Shown here: in pieces, positions 48,592-56,267 of the stretch | Position numbering within the stretch: the first letter of the stretch is position 1 | How the letters are laid out: each line of letters starts with the position of its first letter | Source of the DNA: an uncultured Nitrospiraceae bacterium | Lineage (GTDB): Bacteria > Nitrospirota > Nitrospiria > Nitrospirales > Nitrospiraceae | DNA: 64,000 nucleotides | Assembly (NCBI GenBank): GCA_963846575.1 | Contig: CAWJWJ010000002.1 | Location: forward strand, 2,784,001 to 2,848,000 | Reading direction: 5' to 3' | Translations under genes and position numbers: made by a program | Notes under the pieces: generated by a model | Told to the model about the DNA's origin: nothing | Databases searched by the model: none | The model's input: the letters and a program-made list of their open reading frames with translations, nothing else

Positions 48592-49635
48592 ATGAGACTT
48601 GTGAGGATTTCTGTCTGTGGTGTTGGACTGGCGTTCTGCCTGATGATGAGTATGGCGACCCCACAGGGTGCATGGGCATCCGGCAGATTGCTGACAATTG
48701 AGGAAGAGTATTGTTACAAATTCGCCTTGCAAAAAGTCATTCTTTCCCCCACGCCTTCCACCTACTTATTTACCGGAACATGCGACCTGGCCCATACACG
48801 CCTACTTCTCCCCGTTAAGGTCACGTATACCACTGTGGGCAGGTACGACCCCACGAACGGGAACACCACGGAAGAGATTAGTGTGCCCCCGCCCGCGATC
48901 AACGAACCCTCCCGACCCTACGGCCGGTTTTTCGCCTCCATGCGTTGTGCTGCGGATCCGTGGCGGGACCGCAATGTGAAGTGCGATCAGGTCGTCGCCT
49001 CGGTTAATCCCCCCGCGAGTGCCTACCCGCCCAATCAATCGGGGGATCTTTCAAGAAGCTTGATCAGGCAAATCTTTGATCAGATCACCAAGTACTCCCT
49101 ACGGCCGTACACCTCGTCTCTCACCAGCGATCAGAAAAAAGTGGTCGATGCGCAATATGATGCGGCTCTGGCCTCCGAACGGAGATCCCAACAGCTCCAG
49201 CAAGGGGCCAAGAAAACAGAGGGGACATCCTACAGCGCAGGCCTCTCGCCCTCCGTGCTGTCGCCCGCGAGCGGACAAACGGTCGTAGCGCAAACGCCGG
49301 TGCTGATCAAGCTGTCGCCGCCCAAGGGGTGGAATGTGACGGGGTACATGGTCAATATTCAGAGAAAAGATGCGAAGGGGATCTGGGTTCATCACACCAC
49401 CATTCCCGTGAGCGCGGCCGAGGCGCAATCACCCACCGGATACATGGGGTTCGGCAACGGCGCGCCACCGGCATTCTTGATCTTCCCCGGCGCATGGCGG
49501 CTCAACGCCCAGGCCTCGTCTCCCAAACAGTCCGGCACGAGTGATTGGATTCAGTTTTACGCGACGGCCTATCAGGGACCGGTGCAGCAGGCGGCCCCCA
49601 AAAATGGAGCCCACCTTCAGTTCAAGATCCCCTGA
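48592..49635 (+). CDS. Secreted hypothetical protein, paralog of 47358
   Basis: AAGGAG RBS, signal ending AWA; tandem duplicate. Confidence 0.85.
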   Translation: MRLVRISVCGVGLAFCLMMSMATPQGAWASGRLLTIEEEYCYKFALQKVILSPTPSTYLFTGTCDLAHTRLLLPVKVTYTTVGRYDPTNGNTTEEISVPPPAINEPSRPYGRFFASMRCAADPWRDRNVKCDQVVASVNPPASAYPPNQSGDLSRSLIRQIFDQITKYSLRPYTSSLTSDQKKVVDAQYDAALASERRSQQLQQGAKKTEGTSYSAGLSPSVLSPASGQTVVAQTPVLIKLSPPKGWNVTGYMVNIQRKDAKGIWVHHTTIPVSAAEAQSPTGYMGFGNGAPPAFLIFPGAWRLNAQASSPKQSGTSDWIQFYATAYQGPVQQAAPKNGAHLQFKIP

Positions 49636-49728
49636 GCCGGCGGGCGGAATGGCTGCGCTGATCGGAACAGGTATGACGACGACAGGGCATCACCGGGGGC
49701 ACAACGCAGGATTCGACGGCCTGTGTGC

Positions 49729-50712
49729 TTACCGCGGCAGGTATTTCACGACATAGTCCGTGCCGTGGAAAGACGATTCGATGACCTGGATCTGGGCGGG
49801 GCTCATGGGGTTGATACCGGCCTGCATAAGCAGATCGCTACGGAGGGTCTGCCAGACCACCTGATCGAACTGGCTGCGGGTTTGCGGATGGCTGAGAGCT
49901 TCGCGCACACCCGTCTCAATGGCGTTGGCGAGACTCTCGAGGTATTTCTTGGACACGTCGCAGATGTTGATCGGAAACAGCACATCGAACCAATAGACGC
50001 ATTTGTCCTGCGCTTTCAACCCTCCGCGAAATCCGGTCCGCACGGCTTGATAGGTCGGAAACCCCCCTTGGTTGGTCGTGGGGATGATGAAGATATCGAC
50101 AATGGCGTTCTCGCCCACGGTATCACCGACCGCTTGATCGCCCTCCGGCGAGTAGTCGCGGTAATAGGTCTTGAATTGTAACGAGGGAAAATGAAACTCC
50201 AAATGGAGTTCCGTGCCTTCCGACTTGACGACCGGCGGATTCGAGAGGCCATTGGCATGCACGTACACACGGCCTCCATTTGAAGCCTCATGCACATAGG
50301 GCGGAACCGTGAATCGTCCGGCCAGACTGCGCCCGATGGTAAAGTTCGAATCGATTTGGCCGCGCAAATTGGTCAGTTGCACGAACGACTTCGAGAGATC
50401 TCCGCCGAGGAGCAGCGCGAGCGGAATTTTTTTGGTGAGAGGCGCGGGAGGCGGCGACTGGTATCGACCGGGCGCGGCACCCTGCGGAGCCAGCCCGTGC
50501 GGCATCGGCTGTTGTCCCGGTGGTGGCGCCGTGTGGGCCTGGCCCGGTGAGAGATTCGGTTGGGCCGGAACCGACGGGGTGTTGGAGCGAGGCGGAAACA
50601 CCTGCCCGAGGGCCGGGGCATCACTCCCCCCGGCGAGCACCACACCCGTCACCAGCATCCAGAGGCCGGCCGTACGCATCGTCGTTTTCATGCGATCCGT
50701 GACGAGCCTCAC
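49729..50712 (-). CDS. Exported hypothetical protein with Pro/Gln-rich N-region
   Basis: Signal-like segment; starts 2 bp after the stop of the DUF4384-like lipoprotein. Confidence 0.75.
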   Translation of the reverse strand: MRLVTDRMKTTMRTAGLWMLVTGVVLAGGSDAPALGQVFPPRSNTPSVPAQPNLSPGQAHTAPPPGQQPMPHGLAPQGAAPGRYQSPPPAPLTKKIPLALLLGGDLSKSFVQLTNLRGQIDSNFTIGRSLAGRFTVPPYVHEASNGGRVYVHANGLSNPPVVKSEGTELHLEFHFPSLQFKTYYRDYSPEGDQAVGDTVGENAIVDIFIIPTTNQGGFPTYQAVRTGFRGGLKAQDKCVYWFDVLFPINICDVSKKYLESLANAIETGVREALSHPQTRSQFDQVVWQTLRSDLLMQAGINPMSPAQIQVIESSFHGTDYVVKYLPR

Positions 50713-50714
50713 CC

Positions 50715-52313
50715 CTATTGGTGTTTGAACCAGCGAGTGACCCGCACGTCCTCACCGGGCTTCGCCGCGACGTAGGACAGCGCCGTGACCTGGGCCGGCT
50801 GTTGTGCCTCATCCCGCACCAGCGTCGCATGACCGGCCTGAGTTTTTCCGAACCCGTTGGGGAGCACCGCCGGCTCCTCGACCTGGGCAGCCGCCTGCCC
50901 CGCAGGCCGCTGCTGCCCCGCGAGTTGTGTCAGGATCTCCTCCAGATCGGTACGTCTCGCCGGTGATGCCACCAGAAACAAGGTCTCCACCCCCTTGAAC
51001 TGATCCAGCGTGAACCAGTAGGGCCCGTCTGGAAAGGCCTGTTCGGTTTCGGGCTTCAGGGGATTGACGACCGTGCCGTCGGCGACGGGGAAAATCGGCT
51101 GCGCCCAGCCGGAACCATCCACCGACACGACATAGACGAAACACTCGCAGTTCGTGCGCACGACCAGCTTGAAGCGGTCGCCTTCCGGTCCGCCCTTCAG
51201 CGCTTCACCGTCCTGCATCAGGGAGACTTCTTTTCCGGTCGGAGTCGTCACCTGACGGATCAGCGCGACATCCAACGTGACCGGCTCCGCCGGTCCCGGC
51301 ACCGACCGCGTATAGATCTGACCGGGGTATCCCACGCCCATATTCGGCGCTTGTCCCTGGTAGCCATATTGCTGCCCGCCCATCGGCTGTTGATAGCCCT
51401 GCATGGGCTGCTGTTGGTACCCCGCCGGCATGCCCTGTTGCTGATAACCCTGCATCCCCTGTTGCTGGTAGGGATCCATCGGCTGCTGGTACGCCCCGCC
51501 CATGGCCTGTTGCATCGGTTGTTGCCCATAACCCGGCATGGCCTGACCGCCGGGGTACCCGGGAGCCATCGGCTGTCCCATCGTTCCAGGGGCCGCGGCA
51601 GGATAACCCGGCTGCGGAGGCAGGTTCTGCCCGCCCGGATAGCCCGGTTGCGGCGGATAGCCGCCCATCTGTCCTCCGTATTGGCCCCCATACTGTCCGC
51701 CATATTGCCCGCCGTACTGCTGGTTCATTCCGTAGGCCGGAGCCTGGACGTTCATGCCAGGCACGGAGGCGTAGGGATTGTTCGGATCGTAATACTGTCC
51801 GGCCTGGCCTTGGTAGCCGTACCCCGAACTCTGCGCGGCTCCATACCCGCCCGTTCCGCCGTACCCATAGGCCTGCTGCCCGTAGCCTCCCGGTGGATAG
51901 CCGGCGCCAGGCATCGCGCCGGTGGGATTGTAGGGATCGACATAGCTGCCGCCATATCCAGCGGCGCCGGACTGGCCCGCCATCCCGGGCTGTCCCCCCA
52001 TCTGATTCATCATCGCCTGCTGCTGTTGCTGCAACATCACCGGCGGAACCAGCGCGGCCGGCGACGTCCCCATGGGCAAACCCATGGCCACGTAGGGCGT
52101 ACTCAGACGCACCATGAGCCGATTCATGTCTTCGGAATATTTCCCGCCGTAGTTCTTATTGCCGGTCATGAGCAGATTCCGGGCAAACTCGATTCCAGCG
52201 GGGATGAGGAAGGGAGCGGCAGCGCAGGAGGCTAACAGGAGAAAAGGCAGAAATGCCAGAATTCCCGCATGTTGACCGGTAGAAACTCTGGGCGACCTGT
52301 GACATCCGTTCAT
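50715..52313 (-). CDS. Lipoprotein with long Q/G/Y/P/M low-complexity region and C-terminal DUF4384-like domain
   Basis: LASC lipobox; GDRFKL.V.TN..CFVYVV.VD.SG....IFP...WFTLD...GVETLFLVAS. Confidence 0.85.
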   Translation of the reverse strand: MNGCHRSPRVSTGQHAGILAFLPFLLLASCAAAPFLIPAGIEFARNLLMTGNKNYGGKYSEDMNRLMVRLSTPYVAMGLPMGTSPAALVPPVMLQQQQQAMMNQMGGQPGMAGQSGAAGYGGSYVDPYNPTGAMPGAGYPPGGYGQQAYGYGGTGGYGAAQSSGYGYQGQAGQYYDPNNPYASVPGMNVQAPAYGMNQQYGGQYGGQYGGQYGGQMGGYPPQPGYPGGQNLPPQPGYPAAAPGTMGQPMAPGYPGGQAMPGYGQQPMQQAMGGAYQQPMDPYQQQGMQGYQQQGMPAGYQQQPMQGYQQPMGGQQYGYQGQAPNMGVGYPGQIYTRSVPGPAEPVTLDVALIRQVTTPTGKEVSLMQDGEALKGGPEGDRFKLVVRTNCECFVYVVSVDGSGWAQPIFPVADGTVVNPLKPETEQAFPDGPYWFTLDQFKGVETLFLVASPARRTDLEEILTQLAGQQRPAGQAAAQVEEPAVLPNGFGKTQAGHATLVRDEAQQPAQVTALSYVAAKPGEDVRVTRWFKHQ

Positions 52314-52336
52314 CGTAGCACCTCACCGTCTAGCCG

Positions 52337-52364
52337 TTTGTCGCCGCGATCCGGAGAAGGTTCA
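52337..52364 (-). promoter_or_regulatory. ECF-type promoter motif copy 6
   Basis: Minus strand TGAACC-N15-CGACAAA upstream of the 52313 start. Confidence 0.72.
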
Positions 52365-52489
52365 CGGGATTGTAGGCTCCGGGTCCCCGGCGGGTCAACC
52401 GGCTGCTATTGAGAGGCTGCCGGCTTCTATGTTACAGCAGAGGCGCCGGCACGTCGGTACCTCTGCCTTTTTCTCGAACATGTGGGCCC

Positions 52490-53074
52490 ATGAGCGCGAC
52501 TCACGAGCACAACGCGGTGGAGGGCACGCTGGTGATGCGGGCGGCAGGCGGAGACACCCACGCTTTCGAAGCTCTGTACCGACTCTACGAAAAGCGGGTG
52601 TTCCATTATATCTGCACCTTCGTGCGCGACCATTCGCTAGCGGAAGAGGTGGTCGGGGAAGTCATGCTGGCCGTGTGGCGCGGAGCCTGCCACTTTGCGA
52701 ATCAGTCTCGCGTCTCGACATGGATCTTCGGTATCGCCCGTCACAAGGCCCTCGATGCCGTCCGGCGAAGCGGCCGGCCTGATCACAAGGCCGTGACGAT
52801 CGACGACCTGCCCGATCTTCCCAGCCAACAGGACACGCCGATCGAACAGATTCAACGGGAACAGCTCGCCACCGTGATGCGGCAGGCGCTTGGTGCCCTG
52901 TCGCCCGAACATCAGGAAGTGTTGCGATTGGTGTTTTACGAGGAACTTCCCTACGAAGACATCGCGCTGCTGCTCAGCATTCCGGAAAATACCGTCAAAA
53001 CCCGCGTGTTTTACGCCAAGCAACAGCTGAAACGACAGATCAATCGCTCGATCTCCAGAGAGACCGTCTTATGA
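52490..53074 (+). CDS. ECF RNA polymerase sigma factor
   Basis: GD..AFEALY, AEEV..EV.L.VW, STWIFGIARHK, region 4 L.YEDIA..L.IPENTVKTR. Start uncertain (52490, 52517 or 52535). Confidence 0.93.
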   Translation: MSATHEHNAVEGTLVMRAAGGDTHAFEALYRLYEKRVFHYICTFVRDHSLAEEVVGEVMLAVWRGACHFANQSRVSTWIFGIARHKALDAVRRSGRPDHKAVTIDDLPDLPSQQDTPIEQIQREQLATVMRQALGALSPEHQEVLRLVFYEELPYEDIALLLSIPENTVKTRVFYAKQQLKRQINRSISRETVL

Positions 53075-53748
53075 CGACGCCGAACGAAGCCTCCATGGCC
53101 CACCCGGCTGCGACACTCCTTCCCTGGTATCTGACCGGCACCTTGAAGGAGGCCGAACGACGAACGGTGGATGAGCACCTGGCGACCTGCGCCGACTGTC
53201 GCGCTGAACTGGACAGTCTGGCCCAGCTGCGTGCTCCGCTGCAGGCGGCGCTGGCCGCGGAGCCCACGCCGGTCCTGCATGTGAAGGAGGCCGTGATGGC
53301 GCAGGTCCGGACGGAACGGGAGGCTCGTCACAGTCCCAATGCGTCGCCATCTGATGGATGGGCCGGCCATGCGGTGGAGCAGTGGTTTCGCAATCTGTTC
53401 GCACCGCGGTGGGTCCCCGCACTCGCCGCGACCCTGTTGATCGGTCAATTCGCCCTGCTCCTGTGGACGGCCGGCCCGCAAACCATCCCGCCCCCTGACC
53501 AGGTCACCAGCCGGGGTGTTTCGCCGGCGGCCGTCCGCGTCATGTTGGTGTTCCAGAAGTCGGCATCCGAGGCGCGCATCCGGGCCGTCATTTTGAACTT
53601 GAAGGGCCGCCTCGTCGATGGGCCCACCGCGGACGGCGTCTATACCATCACCATCCCGGCGGCCGAATCGGCAGGACTCGAGGCCAGCCTCAAGCGGCTG
53701 CAGCAACAAACCGATCTGATCCGGAAGGCAGAGTTGGTCCGCCGATGA
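53071..53748 (+). CDS. zf-HC2 zinc-finger transmembrane anti-sigma factor
   Basis: HLATCADC (HxxxCxxC), one TM helix and a small extracytoplasmic domain; overlaps the sigma stop. Confidence 0.9.
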   Translation: MTTPNEASMAHPAATLLPWYLTGTLKEAERRTVDEHLATCADCRAELDSLAQLRAPLQAALAAEPTPVLHVKEAVMAQVRTEREARHSPNASPSDGWAGHAVEQWFRNLFAPRWVPALAATLLIGQFALLLWTAGPQTIPPPDQVTSRGVSPAAVRVMLVFQKSASEARIRAVILNLKGRLVDGPTADGVYTITIPAAESAGLEASLKRLQQQTDLIRKAELVRR

Positions 53749-53773
53749 ACCTTTACCCGCGCGATCCGACCCA
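53746..53773 (+). promoter_or_regulatory. ECF-type promoter motif copy 7
   Basis: TGAACC-N15-CGACCCA; its TGA is the anti-sigma stop codon; upstream of the caspase gene. Confidence 0.68.
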
Positions 53774-53797
53774 CGGATCAGGACACGAGGACAGGAC

Positions 53798-56020
53798 ATG
53801 ACCCCACGATCTTTCTGCTGCATGACGCTCGCCTGTGCCATCCTGACCATGGGCGGTGTCGGGCGGGCGGCCGATTCCACCAAGACGGCCACGAAACGCG
53901 CGTTGCTCATCGGCATCAACCGCTACCAGGCGCTGCCCTCGCTCAACGGCTCCCTCAACGACATCGAAACGATGCGGCAGGTCCTCACGACGCGGTGGGG
54001 ATTTCAACCGCAACGCATCACGATGCTCACCGACCAGGCTGCCACCCGCGCGGGGATGCTGGCCGCATTCGACAAGCTGGCCAAGGAGACGGGCCCGGAT
54101 GATGTGGTGTACGTGCACTATTCCGGCCATGGATCCCAGGTCGAAGATTTCAGCGGCGATGAGACGGACGATCACCTGGACGAGACACTGGTTCCGCACG
54201 ACGGCCGGACGGCCAATGTGCGGGATATTACCGATGACGAGTTGGATGAGATCTTCTCCCGGCTCCAGGCCCGAAGCGTCTTGATCGTGCTCGATTCCTG
54301 CCATTCCGGCACGGCGACGAGATCTCTCGATATCCGTACCCGTTCCGTCCCCAAGGACAGCAGGGTAGAGTTGTACCGCCCCTCCGCCGTGCAGACCCGC
54401 CAGGTGGTGCCGGTCGTGGCTTCACGGTATGTCCTCATGAGCGGGGCCGCGGCCAATCAGGAAGCCCTGGATGGTCCGGTTGAAGGACGGTATCACGGAT
54501 TTTTCTCCTACTCCCTGGCCAAGAGCATCGGGAGCGCCGACCGGGCCGCGACTCCGCGCGACATTTTTGCCGGCGTCGAACGCGAAATGCGGCGCATCCA
54601 AACCCATTTCGGTCGCACGTCCATGCCGGAGCCGCAACTGGAAGCTCCCCCCGTTCTGTTGGACAGGCCGCTCCTTCCTTCCTTGAAGGCCCCGGCGTCC
54701 CCGGCGGAGGCTGGCGCCCCGGCGCGTCTTCCCTGGGTGGAAGTGAAAGCCGCCGGAGGCGATGGGTTCCTGCTGCTCCAGGGAGTTCCCCTCGGTGCAC
54801 AGCCCGGGTCCAGCTGGACGGTCTTTCCGCCGAACGAGACGGCATTCGTTCCGGGGCAGGCGCTCGGGGTCCTGACCGTCACGCAGGTTCGTGGGAAAGA
54901 CGCGCTGGCCAAGCCACAGAGTGACCCGTTCTCCATTCCCCCCGGCGCGAGGGCCGTGGCGTTTCTTCCTGCGGCTCCACCGGAGCGCATCCCGATACGC
55001 CTGTTGGATGTCCCGCCCGGCCAACGTTCCAAGATCGAAGCGGTGTTGAAACAGTACGGACGCGACGCCCAGATCGTGGAGGCCGGGCAACCGGCGCAGT
55101 ACCTCGTCGAGGTGAAGGACAACCGCCTGCAACTCTATTCAGCCGACGGCTTACAGGTCATCAGTTCATTCGCCATGGACGGCCCCCAATGGGGCGCCGG
55201 CCTCGCCCTGGTCCTCTCACGTTCCGCGAATGCCTCCGAACTCCTGACCCTGGACAACCCCTCCTCTCAACTGAAGCTCGCCGTCAAAGTGGCGGGCAGC
55301 GCACGCCGGGCCACGCGGGGGATCGCCGTCGTCGCGGATACGCAGCCGGCTCAGTATCATATTCGCCGGAATGGGGAACCCAGAAGCTCGTCCAACAGTC
55401 TGCAACTGGAAATTCAGGCGAGCGGCGATAGCTACATCACGATCGTCGATGTCGATTCCGAGGGCCATCTCAATCTGCTGTTTCCCAACGACCATCAACA
55501 ACCGGCCTTCTATCCCGATGGGCACGTGCGGGCAGGCGAACAGGTGACGATTCCCGATTCTCCACAATCCGGCAACCACGCGGGCTTCCACTGGGATTAT
55601 GCCGATCCGGCCGGGATCGATACCGTTCGTGTCTTCGCGTCCACCGACCTGGACACGGCCCGGGCCATTCGTCAGCGGGTCCGATCCGTTCCGGCACCCG
55701 CCGCCGGTACCGCCCTGGTCATGACCCGATCGGTGGTCGCCAAAGAAGTCATGGACCTTCGACGCGACCTGAGCAAAGTCGCCAGCCGGGGGCTCACGCC
55801 CATTTACGATCCCACGCCGGCCGCCCTCACCAACCAGCCACCGCCGGCCCCTGATCTTCCCCAGCCGCCGGCTCCGCCGGTCGGCGTTCCACCGCCCCAG
55901 CAACAGGCCATGGAGGCATCGAAGCCTCCCGCCCCGGTCCATCCGGTGACGCAAACGGTGGCCGCCGTTCCATCGTCCGATTGGACGGCCACATCGCTCA
56001 CCATTCAGGTCGAACCCTAA
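53798..56020 (+). CDS. Secreted caspase-family protein with DUF4384-like domain
   Basis: Signal peptide; ALLIGINRY, HYSGHGS, LDSCHSG; YITIVDVDSEG..NLLFPN...DPAGIDTV. Confidence 0.92.
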   Translation: MTPRSFCCMTLACAILTMGGVGRAADSTKTATKRALLIGINRYQALPSLNGSLNDIETMRQVLTTRWGFQPQRITMLTDQAATRAGMLAAFDKLAKETGPDDVVYVHYSGHGSQVEDFSGDETDDHLDETLVPHDGRTANVRDITDDELDEIFSRLQARSVLIVLDSCHSGTATRSLDIRTRSVPKDSRVELYRPSAVQTRQVVPVVASRYVLMSGAAANQEALDGPVEGRYHGFFSYSLAKSIGSADRAATPRDIFAGVEREMRRIQTHFGRTSMPEPQLEAPPVLLDRPLLPSLKAPASPAEAGAPARLPWVEVKAAGGDGFLLLQGVPLGAQPGSSWTVFPPNETAFVPGQALGVLTVTQVRGKDALAKPQSDPFSIPPGARAVAFLPAAPPERIPIRLLDVPPGQRSKIEAVLKQYGRDAQIVEAGQPAQYLVEVKDNRLQLYSADGLQVISSFAMDGPQWGAGLALVLSRSANASELLTLDNPSSQLKLAVKVAGSARRATRGIAVVADTQPAQYHIRRNGEPRSSSNSLQLEIQASGDSYITIVDVDSEGHLNLLFPNDHQQPAFYPDGHVRAGEQVTIPDSPQSGNHAGFHWDYADPAGIDTVRVFASTDLDTARAIRQRVRSVPAPAAGTALVMTRSVVAKEVMDLRRDLSKVASRGLTPIYDPTPAALTNQPPPAPDLPQPPAPPVGVPPPQQQAMEASKPPAPVHPVTQTVAAVPSSDWTATSLTIQVEP

Positions 56021-56267
56021 CCGGCTGCGCGCACGGGTGGCCTGCGGCGCTTACGCGACCTCGACCCGTTCATCCGCGTGACTGAGTAGTTGTGAGTCTC
56101 TAAGCTGGTGCCGGCCGGCTGGGGACTGCGGGTGATCGATCTGAGCGGCGGTGCTTCGAGGATGGCAGGACACTGAATGACAGCGTTCAGGCCCTGCCTC
56201 TGTGTAGTGACCACCGCCGCAACAGGCAGAGGGCGGCGCCTCGCTGAGCAAGGCGCCGCCCGACTCG

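Noticed and set aside
13779..56020. Mobile element or prophage origin of the locus
   Set aside because: No integrase, transposase, tRNA or terminal repeats recognised in the window.
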